A stretch of 64,000 nucleotides of DNA from Chthoniobacterales bacterium. GTDB taxonomy: Bacteria; Verrucomicrobiota; Verrucomicrobiia; Chthoniobacterales; Chthoniobacteraceae. Both the position numbers and the translations under genes were made by a program. The notes under the pieces are model-generated. The model worked only from the letters and a program-made list of their open reading frames with translations, was not told the origin of the DNA and searched no databases. The stretch covers positions 96,001-160,000 of the forward strand of contig JBBQZX010000004.1 of the NCBI GenBank assembly GCA_038207335.1, in the 5' to 3' direction. The first letter of the stretch is position 1; every line of letters begins with the position of its first letter. Shown here piece by piece: positions 38,644 to 49,359 of the stretch.

Positions 38644-39999
38644 ATGCCCCGCGAGCCGACTGCGCACGATCCCTACGCCGCGTTCCGTTTCCCATCTTAC
38701 CGCAATTACTGGATCGGCGGATTCATCGCCGTCATCGGCCGGCAGATGCTCGCCGTCGCGGTCGGATACGAGATTTTCCAGCGCACGCATTCCGCCACCG
38801 CGCTCGGCCTCGTCGGCCTCGTCGGCGCACTACCTGTCATCTTCCTGTCGCTTCCCGCTGGCCAGCTCGCCGATCGTTTTCGCCGCAAGCGCATCCTTAT
38901 CGCGACGCAAATCCTGCTCGTCCTGAGTTCGATCGCGCTCACTGCCGTCTCGCTCAATCACGCAGAAATTCCCGGCCTCCCGCCGCTGCTCTGGCTCAAC
39001 CACGGCATTACCGCCACCGCCGCATTTTTCGGCGAAAAGAGCGGCGTCGCATTTGAGCCCGCGCTTCCGCTCATCTATGCGCTGCTCCTGATCAACGGTG
39101 TCGCCCGCGCCTTCGGTTGGTCCGCGCGCAGTCCCTTTGCCGCAAACCTCGTCCCGCGCGAAGCCCTCGGAAACGCCGTCACATGGGGCAGCATGAATTT
39201 CGAGGTCGGCTCCGTAGTCGGCCCCGCCATCGGCGGCCTCGCCATCGCGAGCTTCGGCTACTCCGCCGTCTATGCCATCGACGCCATCTGCGGCGTGATC
39301 TTCATCGCATTCCTAATCCCCATCCACGACAGGCAGGAGTTGCACCAGCCAACCGCGCATCCGCTCCGCGACCTCTTCGCCGGCCTCAGCTTCGTGTTCA
39401 AAAAGAAAGCCATTCTGGCGACGATCACCCTCGATCTTTTTGCAGTGCTACTCGGCGGTGCCACGGCGCTTCTGCCGATGTTCGCCGACCAAATCCTGCA
39501 CGTCGGCGCGGTCGGCCTCGGCTGGCTCCGCGCCGCCCCCTCCCTCGGCGCCCTCACGATGGCACTCACCATCACGCACCTCCCGCCTATGCGCCGAGCA
39601 GGTATCGCGATGCTTTGGGCCGTCGGCGGATTTGGCGCGGCGACCATCGGCTTCGGTCTCTCGCACACGCTTTGGTTTTCGCTCATCATGCTCGTGATCC
39701 TCGGCGCACTCGATAATATCAGCGTCGTCGTGCGCCACACACTCGTGCAGCTCCTTACGCCGGACTCGATGCGCGGCCGCGTAGCCGCCGTGAACAACGT
39801 CTTCATCGGCTCCTCGAATGAACTCGGGGCGCTCGAGTCCGGCCTCACCGCCGCGCTTTTCGGCCCGGTCCTCTCAGTCGTTGGAGGCGGCGTCGGCACC
39901 ATCCTCGTCGTCATCGCCGTGGCCCTGGTCTGGCCGCAAGTCCGCCGTCTCGGCCCTCTCGACCAGACAGCCGAAAACGAAGACCGCCTCCAGCCGTGA
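38644..39999 (+). CDS. MFS transporter (EntS/DHA3-like)
   Basis: About 12 hydrophobic segments; GQLADRFRRK, TLDLFAVLLGGATALLP, MRGRV. Confidence 0.9.
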   Translation: MPREPTAHDPYAAFRFPSYRNYWIGGFIAVIGRQMLAVAVGYEIFQRTHSATALGLVGLVGALPVIFLSLPAGQLADRFRRKRILIATQILLVLSSIALTAVSLNHAEIPGLPPLLWLNHGITATAAFFGEKSGVAFEPALPLIYALLLINGVARAFGWSARSPFAANLVPREALGNAVTWGSMNFEVGSVVGPAIGGLAIASFGYSAVYAIDAICGVIFIAFLIPIHDRQELHQPTAHPLRDLFAGLSFVFKKKAILATITLDLFAVLLGGATALLPMFADQILHVGAVGLGWLRAAPSLGALTMALTITHLPPMRRAGIAMLWAVGGFGAATIGFGLSHTLWFSLIMLVILGALDNISVVVRHTLVQLLTPDSMRGRVAAVNNVFIGSSNELGALESGLTAALFGPVLSVVGGGVGTILVVIAVALVWPQVRRLGPLDQTAENEDRLQP

Positions 40000-40060
40000 C
40001 CCGCAACATCTGCGCGGGCTTGCCTCGCATTTCGGGACGCGCGCAATTACAAAAGCAAAA

Positions 40061-40507
40061 ATGCTCGCAACCGTCGGCAGCCTTCTCAACGAAAAGCGCA
40101 TCGACCTCGACCTGCCCGCGGGCACGGAAACCGACGCCATCCAGCGAGTCGCGGCACTGGTTCGGGCCGATCCCGCCGTGCTCTCGTTTCAGGCATTCAC
40201 GGCAGAGATTCTTGCGCGGGAAAAAATCAGCCCCACCGCAATCGGCCAAGGCGTCGCATTTCCTCACGCCCGCACCGAGCACGTCAACGAAATCGTCCTC
40301 GCCGCGGGCCGCAGCCGGGCCGGAATTCCATTCGCGGGCGGCGCTCAAACTGTCCACCTAATCTTCGTCATCGGCACGCCAAACGACCGCGTCCGCGAAT
40401 ATCTCGCGCTCGTCGGCGGCCTCGCGCGTCTGCTGAAAGACAGCACCGTCCGCGAGAAGCTCATGCAAGCCGCGACCCACGCCGCCTTCCTCGCTGCGCT
40501 GCGCTGA
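40061..40507 (+). CDS. PTS EIIA domain protein (PtsN/fructose type)
   Basis: REKISPTAIGQGVAFPHAR phospho-His motif. Confidence 0.88.
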   Translation: MLATVGSLLNEKRIDLDLPAGTETDAIQRVAALVRADPAVLSFQAFTAEILAREKISPTAIGQGVAFPHARTEHVNEIVLAAGRSRAGIPFAGGAQTVHLIFVIGTPNDRVREYLALVGGLARLLKDSTVREKLMQAATHAAFLAALR

Positions 40508-40510
40508 GCG

Positions 40511-42313
40511 ATGCAGTCGGCGCGTGAATCGTTCGTCCGGCGCAGGCTCCTGCCGCTGCTCAAGCTGCGCGTCTGGATTTCGGAACTCATCCGCCCCAGC
40601 GAACTCCAAATCACGCTTTTCTGGGCTGGCATCATCGGCTTCCTCGGCGCGGTTTCTTCCGTCGCATTTCGGCGCCTGACCGATTTCGTCCACTGGCTCC
40701 TCACCCAACGGCACGACGGTTTCGTGGAAAGCTTTGCTCACCTCACTTGGTGGCAGCGCCTCGCGACACCCGCCGTCGGCGGCCTCCTCGCCGGCTTCAC
40801 AATCTTCTTCGGCATGAGACTGCGGCGCGCAAAAATCAGCACCGACTACATGGAGGCGATCGTCCTCGGCGACGGCATCGTCCCCGCCCGACTGAGCCTC
40901 ATTAAATGCCTCTCCGCGCTTTTCACCGTCGCCTCCGGCGGCTCCATCGGCCGCGAAGGTCCGCTGGTACAGCTTTCCGCGATGCTCGCCTCCACCGTCG
41001 GCCGCTGGCGGCGCACCACGACGCTCCAGCTTCGCCTCCTCGTCGCTTGCGGCGCGGCAGCCGGAATCGCCTCCGCTTACAACGCGCCGATCGGCGGCGC
41101 GATGTTCGTCTCGGAGATCGTCCTGCGCTCGATGGCGATGGAAACGTTCGGCCCGCTCGTCTTCTCCTCCGTCGTCGCCACGCTCACCGTGCGCCAATTT
41201 CTCGGCGGAAATCCCCTCTACGAAATCCCCGTCGTCCGGCTGAATTCCAACTGGGAAATCCTCCCACACCTCCTCCTCGGACTCATCGCCGGCCTCGCCG
41301 CGCCGCTCTTCCTGCGCCTCCTGCGAGCGAGCGAAAAAGGCTTCTCCAAACTAGCGCTTCCAGCCTACGCACGCCTCGCACTCGGCGGCCTCATCGTCGG
41401 TGCACTCGCCATTTTTCACCCCGAGGTCTGCGGCAACGGCTACAGCACCGTTACCCAAATCCTGCACGCCGATTGGCTCTGGCAGACACTTCTCGTCGTT
41501 TTCATTTTCAAAATCGCAGCCACCGCCGCCACCTTCGGCTCCGGTGCAGTCGGCGGCGTTTTCACTCCCACTCTCTTCGCTGGCGCGTGCCTCGGTTACG
41601 TCTTCGGCCACGCCGCACAGGCCATCTGGCCCGGCCCGCCGCTCACCGCCAGCGCATTCACGCTCGTCGGCATGGGTGCCTTTCTCGCTGCCACCACGCA
41701 CGCGCCGATCATGGCCATCATCATGCTTTTCGAGCTTACGCTCGACTACCAAATCATCCTCCCACTTATGCTCGCGTGCGTCGTCGCGCACTACACCTGC
41801 CTCACATTCGAGAAAAAATCCATCTACAGCGAATCGCTCCAGCGTAAAGGCGCGGGCACATTCCAGGAGCATCTCGCCTCGCTCCGCGTCGCCGATTTGA
41901 TGAAACCGGACCCCACCAGCGTTTCGGAAAATGCGCGCTTCGCCGACATCGCGGAAACATTCATCACCCACCGCTTCAACTACCTCTACGTCATCGACGA
42001 AGCCCGGCGCTTCCTCGGCGTCGTCTCGCTGCACGACATCAAAAGCTACCTCAGCCAGCCCGAACTCGCCGAACTCGTCATCGCCCGCGACATCCTCCGC
42101 ATCACCTTTCCCACCATCTCACCGGACAGGTCGCTCGCCGACGCCCTCACTCATTTCTCCCATCACGACGGCGAGCGCCTCCCTGTCATCGAATCCAACC
42201 GCACCATCATCGGCACCATCTCGAAAACTGACCTCATTCTCGCCCTCGCCGAGCAGTCGAAAGAAACCGGCCCGCCAGCCGAAGCAGCGCCACAATCATT
42301 CTCAGCCCCATGA
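40511..42313 (+). CDS. ClC (ClcB-like) chloride channel/antiporter with CBS domains
   Basis: GSIGREGP, YNAPIGG, GAVGGVFTP, tandem C-terminal CBS domains. Confidence 0.92.
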   Translation: MQSARESFVRRRLLPLLKLRVWISELIRPSELQITLFWAGIIGFLGAVSSVAFRRLTDFVHWLLTQRHDGFVESFAHLTWWQRLATPAVGGLLAGFTIFFGMRLRRAKISTDYMEAIVLGDGIVPARLSLIKCLSALFTVASGGSIGREGPLVQLSAMLASTVGRWRRTTTLQLRLLVACGAAAGIASAYNAPIGGAMFVSEIVLRSMAMETFGPLVFSSVVATLTVRQFLGGNPLYEIPVVRLNSNWEILPHLLLGLIAGLAAPLFLRLLRASEKGFSKLALPAYARLALGGLIVGALAIFHPEVCGNGYSTVTQILHADWLWQTLLVVFIFKIAATAATFGSGAVGGVFTPTLFAGACLGYVFGHAAQAIWPGPPLTASAFTLVGMGAFLAATTHAPIMAIIMLFELTLDYQIILPLMLACVVAHYTCLTFEKKSIYSESLQRKGAGTFQEHLASLRVADLMKPDPTSVSENARFADIAETFITHRFNYLYVIDEARRFLGVVSLHDIKSYLSQPELAELVIARDILRITFPTISPDRSLADALTHFSHHDGERLPVIESNRTIIGTISKTDLILALAEQSKETGPPAEAAPQSFSAP

Positions 42314-43407
42314 CCCCACTCCGATTCACCACCGCCCTCCTCGTGCAACTCCTCTTCGCCTGCACATTTTCCACTCTCCACGCCGAGCCCGTCGAGGTCA
42401 TCCCCGCCACGCTACACGGCGCGATGCAGCCGCAAATCGCAGTCGCTCCCAGCGGAACAATTCACGTCACCTTTGGAAAAGACGGCGTCATTTTTTATAC
42501 CATCTCGCACGATCGCGGACGCACATTTTCGTCTCCCGCAAAAGTCGGCGCGCTTCCCAAACTCGCGCTCGGCCTGAGACGCGGCCCGCGCATCGCCGCC
42601 ACCGATCGCATCGTCGTCATCACCGCGATTTCCCACGCGGACGGTGACCTCCACGCGTGGACTTCAGCCAACGGCGGCGCGACTTGGAGCGAATCCAAAC
42701 ACGTCAACAGCCCTCCCAATTCCGCGCGCGAAGGCCTCCACGCAATGACCGCCGACGGCGCGGGAAACGTCTTCGCCACATGGCTCGACGACGGAAGCGG
42801 CGGCAAGGAACTCTGGCGCGCACTCTCCAGCGATGGCGGCCGCACGTGGGGAGAAAGCGCTCTCATCTACAAATCCCCCGACGGGCACATCTGCGAGTGC
42901 TGCAACCCCAGCGCCGCGATGGACGCACAGGGCCACGTCTCCGTCATGTGGCGCAACTGGCTCGGCGGCTCGCGCGACATGTTCACCGCCGCCAGCGGCG
43001 ACGGCGGCAAGACCTTTAGCTCCGCAAAAAAACTCGGTAGCGGCACATGGAAACTCAACGGCTGCCCGATGGACGGCGGAGCGCTCGCGCTCGCAGCGGA
43101 TGGAAAGCCGCTCGCAGTCTGGCGTCGCGAAAAAGCCGTCTTCGCCAGCATCGCATCCGATCCCGAGCAGGCTCTCTCCGATTCCGCAGTTCAGCCCATC
43201 GCTGTCTCGACGGGCCCGCACACGTTCATTTTCTGGCAGAGCGGCGGCGATTTGCTGTTAAAAAAAGACGACACCACGCCCGCACGCATCGCCACAAATG
43301 CCGCCTTCGCGGCTGCCGCACCAATGCCAGACGGCGCAGTCATCGTCGTTTGGGAATCCTCCGCAAACGGCACAAAAACCATCCTGTCTCAATTCATTCC
43401 GAAATGA
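42310..43407 (+). CDS. Secreted BNR/Asp-box (sialidase-like) beta-propeller protein
   Basis: Asp boxes [32 protein letters not shown]; also CECC and GCP motifs. Confidence 0.8.
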   Translation: MTPLRFTTALLVQLLFACTFSTLHAEPVEVIPATLHGAMQPQIAVAPSGTIHVTFGKDGVIFYTISHDRGRTFSSPAKVGALPKLALGLRRGPRIAATDRIVVITAISHADGDLHAWTSANGGATWSESKHVNSPPNSAREGLHAMTADGAGNVFATWLDDGSGGKELWRALSSDGGRTWGESALIYKSPDGHICECCNPSAAMDAQGHVSVMWRNWLGGSRDMFTAASGDGGKTFSSAKKLGSGTWKLNGCPMDGGALALAADGKPLAVWRREKAVFASIASDPEQALSDSAVQPIAVSTGPHTFIFWQSGGDLLLKKDDTTPARIATNAAFAAAAPMPDGAVIVVWESSANGTKTILSQFIPK

Positions 43408-44021
43408 CTCCACCACCCCGCAACCCTGTGCGCATCGGCATCGGCGGCCCGGTTGGCTCCGGCAAGACCATGCTCGTCCTGCGTCTTTGCCAATGGCTCG
43501 CCGGCGAGTTCTCCATCGCCGTCGTCACCAACGACATCTACACGCGAGAAGACGCCGAGTTCCTCGTGCGAAACGACGCGCTCGCCGCAGACCGCGTCAT
43601 CGGTGTCGAAACCGGCGGCTGCCCGCACACCGCCATCCGCGACGACACCAGCATGAATCTCGCCGCCATCGCCGAGCTCCAGCATCGCCATCCCGATGCG
43701 CAAATCGTCTTCGTCGAGAGCGGCGGCGACAATCTCTCCGCCACCTTTTCACCCGAACTCGTCGAGGCATTCATCTACGTCATCGACGTCGCCGAGGGGG
43801 ACAAAATCCCGCGCAAAGGCGGCCCCGCGATCCGGCACAGCGACCTCCTGCTCATCAATAAAACCGACCTCGCCCCATACGTTGGCGCCGACCTCGACGT
43901 CATGGCGCGCGACGCGAAAATCATGCGCGGCAACAAGCCCTTTCTCTTCGCCGACCTCCGCTCCGAAAAAGGCAAAGACGATCTCCTCGCCTGGCTCCGT
44001 CGCGAGGTGCTTTTTGTGTAA
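43404..44021 (+). CDS. ureG: Urease accessory GTPase UreG
   Basis: [37 protein letters not shown]. Confidence 0.95.
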   Translation: MTPPPRNPVRIGIGGPVGSGKTMLVLRLCQWLAGEFSIAVVTNDIYTREDAEFLVRNDALAADRVIGVETGGCPHTAIRDDTSMNLAAIAELQHRHPDAQIVFVESGGDNLSATFSPELVEAFIYVIDVAEGDKIPRKGGPAIRHSDLLLINKTDLAPYVGADLDVMARDAKIMRGNKPFLFADLRSEKGKDDLLAWLRREVLFV

Positions 44022-44023
44022 AA

Positions 44024-44902
44024 GTGGACGTCCTCGCGCCATCCGCACCGCCCGCGAGGAGCCGCGGAATCCGCGGCCATCTCGACCTCGTATGCGCCGC
44101 GAATGCCGATGGAAACAGCTTCTTGCGGCGACAGTCCTTTTCCGCGCCCATCCATCTCAGCAAGCCGCACCTCGACGAAAACGTCCTCATCGTCAACGTC
44201 GTCAACCCGACCGCGGGTCTCCTCTCCGGCGACCGCGTGAACATCAAAGTGCGCGTGGAATCCGGCGCAAAAATGCTCCTCACCGCCCCCAGCGCGAGCC
44301 GCGCCCATCGCATGTCCGAGGGCCGCGCCGAGGTGGTCCAGGAGTTAATCGTCGAGCCCGGCGCGTCCCTCGAAATCCTCCCCGAACTCTTCATCCCGCA
44401 AGCCGGCACGCGATACCTCCAGCGCACCTCCGCGCGAGTCGCGGAAGGCGGCGAACTCCTCCTCTTCGAAACCATTGCGCCCGGTCGCGTCGCATCCGGG
44501 GAGTCGTTCGCCTACGACGCACTCGAATGGTTCACCGACGTTTCTGCCAGCGGTGAGGCATGTGTCCGCGAGCGCATCCACCTCTCCCCGGCCGACGAAA
44601 GCCTCACCCCGCTCCGCACACTTTTCGCCAACGCCTACGTCGCAAACTGCTTCATCATCACTCCACGCCTCACCCCCGACTCCCCCTGCTGGCCGCCGAT
44701 CCGATCCCTTCACTCCTCCTCCGTCTGGGTCGGCACCACCCGCCTCCACAGCACCGGCTGGTGCATCAAATTGATCGCCGAAAGCAGCATCGCCCTCCGC
44801 GCCACCCTCCAAATAATCCGCGCGCAAATCTACGCCTCCCTCGCTCGTCCAGTCCCCTCGCTCCGCCGAAACGACCACATTTCTCCGCCTCCCGAAAGCT
44901 GA
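44024..44902 (+). CDS. ureD: Urease accessory protein UreD/UreH
   Basis: NPTAGLLSGD, PSASRAH, LPELFIP, PGRVASGESF; directly after ureG. Confidence 0.88.
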   Translation: MDVLAPSAPPARSRGIRGHLDLVCAANADGNSFLRRQSFSAPIHLSKPHLDENVLIVNVVNPTAGLLSGDRVNIKVRVESGAKMLLTAPSASRAHRMSEGRAEVVQELIVEPGASLEILPELFIPQAGTRYLQRTSARVAEGGELLLFETIAPGRVASGESFAYDALEWFTDVSASGEACVRERIHLSPADESLTPLRTLFANAYVANCFIITPRLTPDSPCWPPIRSLHSSSVWVGTTRLHSTGWCIKLIAESSIALRATLQIIRAQIYASLARPVPSLRRNDHISPPPES

Positions 44903-44936
44903 GCGGTCTACGCCCACAACCCCCGCATCCACCCCA

Positions 44937-46040
44937 ATGCTCAAAGCCCTCGACATCTGGCTCCCAGCCTGGCGCAACCGCCCTCGCAACCCTCCCCGTC
45001 CGCTCGGAGTCCGACACGTCATGCTCTGCGTCTGCGACCACTTCGAGCCCTTCCACCACGCAAAAAAGCCCGTGGCCCTCGCACGCGTGAAAACCTGGCA
45101 GGACGAATTCCCGCAACTCGCCGACGAGTTTTCCGACGCCGATGACATCTCCCCGCGCCACACATTTTTCTATCCTATCGAGCAATATGACCCCGACATC
45201 GTCGCCGAGATCGCCAGCCTCTGCCACGCGACCGGCTGCGAGACCGAGGTTCATCTTCACCACGAAAACGACACCTCCGAAAATCTGCGAGCAACGCTGA
45301 ATCAAGGTGCAGAGCGGCTCGCCAGCCACGGCCTCCTCTCGCTCGACGCTTCCGGCACGCTGCGATACGGCTTCATTCACGGTAACTGGGCGCTCGATAA
45401 CTCCCACCCCGAAGGCCGCCACTGCGGCGTCCGCAACGAACTAAGCACCCTCCGCTCCACCGGCTGCTACGCCGACTTCACCCTCCCCTCCGCGCCAAAC
45501 CGTACACAGACCCGCACCATCAACAGCGTCTATTATGCACGCGGCACCGACTACCCGAAATCGCACGACACCGGCCACCGCGCCTTCGCCGACCGGGACC
45601 AGCAGCCGCCAGTCGAAAACGATCTCCTTATAGTCCAGGGCCCGCTCGCGCTGAACTGGAAGCGCCGCAAACTCGGCATCCTCCCGCGTATAGAAAACAG
45701 CGACCTCACCGCAAAAAATCCGCCGACTCTGGACCGCCTTCGCCTCTGGCTCGACTGCCGCATCACCGTCGAAAATCGTCCCAACTGGCTCTTCATCAAA
45801 CTCCATACGCACGGCGCGCTCCCGGCCAATACGCGAATGCTCCTCGGCGACCCAATGCGCGCATTCCACCGCTCCATCGCCGAACTCGCCGCCCGCGACC
45901 AGACCCTTCGCTTCCATTACGTCACCGCCCGCGAGCTCGTGAATATCATCCACGCAGCCGAGGCCGGACACTCCGGCGAACCCGGCCAATTCCGCGATTT
46001 CCGCTTCGCAAAATCCGCGGCAAGCGCGGCCCCGGCATGA
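44937..46040 (+). CDS. Conserved hypothetical His-rich putative metal-dependent hydrolase (deacetylase-like)
   Basis: Motifs DHFEP, HTFFYP, EVHLHH, FIHGNWALDNS, KLHTHG; overlaps the next GT start (ATGA). Confidence 0.65.
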   Translation: MLKALDIWLPAWRNRPRNPPRPLGVRHVMLCVCDHFEPFHHAKKPVALARVKTWQDEFPQLADEFSDADDISPRHTFFYPIEQYDPDIVAEIASLCHATGCETEVHLHHENDTSENLRATLNQGAERLASHGLLSLDASGTLRYGFIHGNWALDNSHPEGRHCGVRNELSTLRSTGCYADFTLPSAPNRTQTRTINSVYYARGTDYPKSHDTGHRAFADRDQQPPVENDLLIVQGPLALNWKRRKLGILPRIENSDLTAKNPPTLDRLRLWLDCRITVENRPNWLFIKLHTHGALPANTRMLLGDPMRAFHRSIAELAARDQTLRFHYVTARELVNIIHAAEAGHSGEPGQFRDFRFAKSAASAAPA

Positions 46041-47185
46041 AGCTGCTTTTCATCTCGAATCTTTTCCCCGACACCCGCGAGCCCTACCGCGGCCTCGACA
46101 ACGCCACCGTCCTCCACGGCCTGCGCGAAAAATGGGACATCCGAGTCCTCGCGGTGCGCCCAGCGTTGCCGTTTCAAGTCCGCTCGTGGAAATGCCGCGA
46201 CGAAGACCATGCATTCGAACCGCGCTTCATCCACGCCCCCTACCTGCCGAAAATCGGAAGCCGCGTGAACCACCGCCTCATGGCCCGGGCCCTCCGCTCT
46301 CCCATCGAAATGCTGCGCAAAAGGTTCCGATTCGAAGTCGCCCTCTGCGCGTGGATTTACCCCGACGCGTGCGCCGTCTCGCTCCTCTCGAGCACCCTCG
46401 GTTTCCCCTTCGTCGCCATCGCGCAAGGCTCCGATGTCCACCAATACCTTCGCATCCCCGCGCGCCGCGAAATCATCTCGAAAACAATCCCCGCCGCCTC
46501 CGCCGTCATCACCCGCAGCGCAGAACTCGCGCGTCTCCTCGGCGAAGTCGGCATTGAAAAACAGCGCCTCCACGCAATCCACAACGGCGTCGATTTCAAC
46601 ACCTTCCACCCTGCCGACCGCGCCACCGCCCGTCGCGAACTCGGCCTCGATCCCGACACCCACGCAATCCTTTTCGTCGGCAACTTCTGCGCGATCAAAA
46701 ACCCGCTGCTCCTGCTCGAAGCCCACGCGCGCCTCTGCAACACGCCACATCTTGAAAACACCGAACTCGTGATGATCGGAGGCGGCCCACTCGAAACCGA
46801 AATCCGCGCCCGCGCCGCCGCGCTCGCCTCGCGCGTGATTTTCGCAGGACGAAAAGACGCCGCCGACGTCGGACGCCACATGCAAGCCGCCGACGTCCTC
46901 TGCCTCCCCAGCGACAACGAAGGCGTACCAAACGTCATCCTCGAATCATTCGCCTGCGGCCTCCCCGTCGTCGCGAGCAACGTCGGAGGCATCTCCGAAG
47001 TCCACACCAGCCCTGCGCTCGGCGCACTCGTCCCACCGCGCGACACCGCCGCACTCACCGCCGCATTGATCCAAACACTCACCGCCCCACCCCCACGCGA
47101 CGCCATCGCAGCCCACGGCCAAGAATTCTCCTGGCAACGCACCGCCGCGAAATACGACGCCGTCCTCACCTCCGCCGCGCGATGA
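46037..47185 (+). CDS. GT4 family glycosyltransferase
   Basis: HNGVD, LFVGN, LPSDNEGVPNVILESFACGLPVVASNVGG. Confidence 0.92.
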   Translation: MKLLFISNLFPDTREPYRGLDNATVLHGLREKWDIRVLAVRPALPFQVRSWKCRDEDHAFEPRFIHAPYLPKIGSRVNHRLMARALRSPIEMLRKRFRFEVALCAWIYPDACAVSLLSSTLGFPFVAIAQGSDVHQYLRIPARREIISKTIPAASAVITRSAELARLLGEVGIEKQRLHAIHNGVDFNTFHPADRATARRELGLDPDTHAILFVGNFCAIKNPLLLLEAHARLCNTPHLENTELVMIGGGPLETEIRARAAALASRVIFAGRKDAADVGRHMQAADVLCLPSDNEGVPNVILESFACGLPVVASNVGGISEVHTSPALGALVPPRDTAALTAALIQTLTAPPPRDAIAAHGQEFSWQRTAAKYDAVLTSAAR

Positions 47186-48366
47186 AAATCCTCTTCCACT
47201 TCCGCACCCAGGGCACCGGCGCGGAAGGCGTTCACCTCGCCGGCATCGCCGACGCGCTGGAATCGCTCGGCCACAAACTCGTCTTCTCAAGCCCCACCGG
47301 AGTCGATCCACGCCACACCGCGGGTACAAACCCGTTCGCCCGCAAATCAAGGCGCAGCCTACTCTCCCAGCTCGCCGCGATAGCGCCCCCCGTCATTTTC
47401 GAGCTCCTTGAAATCGCCTACAACCTCGTCGCCTTCCTCCGGAACCGCGCCCTTCTCGCACACGAACGCTGCGATCTCATCTACGAGCGCCACGCCTTCT
47501 TCCTCTGCTCGACCGCGTGGCTTGCCCACGGCAGCCGCATCCCACTCGTCATCGAAGTCAATGAACTCTCCGGCGACGAACGCGTCCGCTCCGAGCCCTT
47601 TTTCTCCGCATTCGCCCGCTGGACCGAGCGCGCCACATTCACCCGCGCGACCCTCATCGTCGTCGTCTCCCCGCACCTCGCCCGCCGCATTTCAGCAATG
47701 GGCATCGACGCAAGAAAGATCCTGGTCCTCCCAAACGCCGTCAGCGAAGCGAGCCTAGCAAAACCCGCAAATCGCGACCGCATCCGAACCAAACTCCGCC
47801 TCGCCGATACTGTGGTGATCGGCTTCTCCGGCTGGTTCGTCGCCTGGCACCGCCTTGATCGCCTCCTCGCCGAGTTCGCTCCGCTCGCGCGCGAAAACCC
47901 TTGCCTCCGCCTCCTCCTCGTGGGCGACGGCGACCTCAAAACCGCGCTACTCGCGCAATCGCACGACCTCGGCATCGCAGAAATCGTCATTTTCACCGGC
48001 GCAATCCCGCACGACGAAATGCCCGACTACCTCGCCGCATTGGACATCGCCGTCGTCCCGCACAGCAATGCCTACCGCTCCCCGATCAAGCTCTTCGAAG
48101 CAATGGCCCGCGCCCTCCCAGTTGTCGCTCCGCGAGTCGAACCGATCGAGACCATCATCCGCCACGGTAAAAACGGAATGCTCTTCGACCTATCCATCGC
48201 CTCAGATTTGAGAGCCCAACTCGCCCGTCTCGTCGCCGATCGCGATTTGCGTACGTGCCTCGGAAATCAAGCCCAGTCGGACATCCGCGAGCACCACATT
48301 TGGACGAAAAATGTGGAGGCGATGCTCCGGCATCTCGAAGAACAGAACCCGACGGACCACGTGTAA
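47182..48366 (+). CDS. GT4 family glycosyltransferase
   Basis: LIYERH, EVNE, PNAV, LVGDG, SPIKLFEAMA. Confidence 0.92.
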   Translation: MKILFHFRTQGTGAEGVHLAGIADALESLGHKLVFSSPTGVDPRHTAGTNPFARKSRRSLLSQLAAIAPPVIFELLEIAYNLVAFLRNRALLAHERCDLIYERHAFFLCSTAWLAHGSRIPLVIEVNELSGDERVRSEPFFSAFARWTERATFTRATLIVVVSPHLARRISAMGIDARKILVLPNAVSEASLAKPANRDRIRTKLRLADTVVIGFSGWFVAWHRLDRLLAEFAPLARENPCLRLLLVGDGDLKTALLAQSHDLGIAEIVIFTGAIPHDEMPDYLAALDIAVVPHSNAYRSPIKLFEAMARALPVVAPRVEPIETIIRHGKNGMLFDLSIASDLRAQLARLVADRDLRTCLGNQAQSDIREHHIWTKNVEAMLRHLEEQNPTDHV

Positions 48367-48382
48367 GAACGGGCTAGCCCCG

Positions 48383-48410
48383 TTGACACACCCCAACCGA
48401 GCGGTACCCT
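48383..48410 (+). promoter_or_regulatory. Possible sigma70 promoter ahead of the E1alpha gene
   Basis: TTGACA-N16-TACCCT in the 63-nt intergenic gap. Confidence 0.45.
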
Positions 48411-48429
48411 CGCGCGTCCTCTTCCACCC

Positions 48430-49359
48430 TTGGCCACCTCGCCCGACACCCTGCCGCCGCTCCGCGCCGTGTCACTCGAAACACTCGAATCGTTGCTGCT
48501 GATTCGTCACTTCGAGGAACTGTTACTCGATCATTTCCAAGCGGGAAAACTGAGCGGTACCACCCACACCTGTCTGGGCCAGGAATGCATTCCAGTCACC
48601 GTGATGCCGCTCCTCCGCGACGACGATTTCATCTTCAGCAACCACCGCGGACACGGCCATTACCTCGCGCGTTTTGACGACCCCGCCGGCCTGCTCGCCG
48701 AGATCATGGGCCGCGACGGCGGCGTCTGCCGCGGCGTCGGCGGCAGCCAGCACATCAAGCGCGGACGCTACATCTCCACCGGCATCCAGGGCGAAAGTCT
48801 CCCCGTCGCGGTCGGCGCCGCACTCCAGTTGAAACGCGAAAAGCGCGGCGGCATCGCAGTCCCATTCATTGGCGACGGGACATGGGGGCAAGGAGCCGTG
48901 TATGAGGCGCTGAACATGGCCGCGCTGTGGCGCGTCCCGATGGTCGTCGTCGTGGAAAACAACCACATCGCGCAAACCACGCACTGCACGCAAAACATGG
49001 CGGGAACGATCGAAGATCGCGTCCGCGCATTCGGCGTCGATTACCTCCGCGGCACCGGCCACGACATCGCCTCGCTGCGCGAAAAGATCACGCCGATTTT
49101 CGACCGCGCCCGCTTCGAAAACGCTCCCGCCGTCATCGAATTCGAAACCGAACGCCTCGGCTCCCACAGTAAAGGCGACGACACGCGAACGCCCGAATCC
49201 GTCGCCACGCTCCGCGCAAAGAGCTGGCACGCACACTTCTCGGCAGCTTTCCCCAAGCAGTTCGCTGTTGCGGAAGCGCGCGTCGCCGAGCGCATCGCCG
49301 CAGTCGCCACGGATGTCGAAAACCGGTCTCTCGCTACCTGGAGCCCGCGCCATGAGTGA
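48430..49359 (+). CDS. ThDP-dependent dehydrogenase E1 alpha-like subunit
   Basis: GTTHTCLGQE, NHRGHGH, ThDP motif GDG...ENN, HSKGDD. Confidence 0.92.
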   Translation: MATSPDTLPPLRAVSLETLESLLLIRHFEELLLDHFQAGKLSGTTHTCLGQECIPVTVMPLLRDDDFIFSNHRGHGHYLARFDDPAGLLAEIMGRDGGVCRGVGGSQHIKRGRYISTGIQGESLPVAVGAALQLKREKRGGIAVPFIGDGTWGQGAVYEALNMAALWRVPMVVVVENNHIAQTTHCTQNMAGTIEDRVRAFGVDYLRGTGHDIASLREKITPIFDRARFENAPAVIEFETERLGSHSKGDDTRTPESVATLRAKSWHAHFSAAFPKQFAVAEARVAERIAAVATDVENRSLATWSPRHE

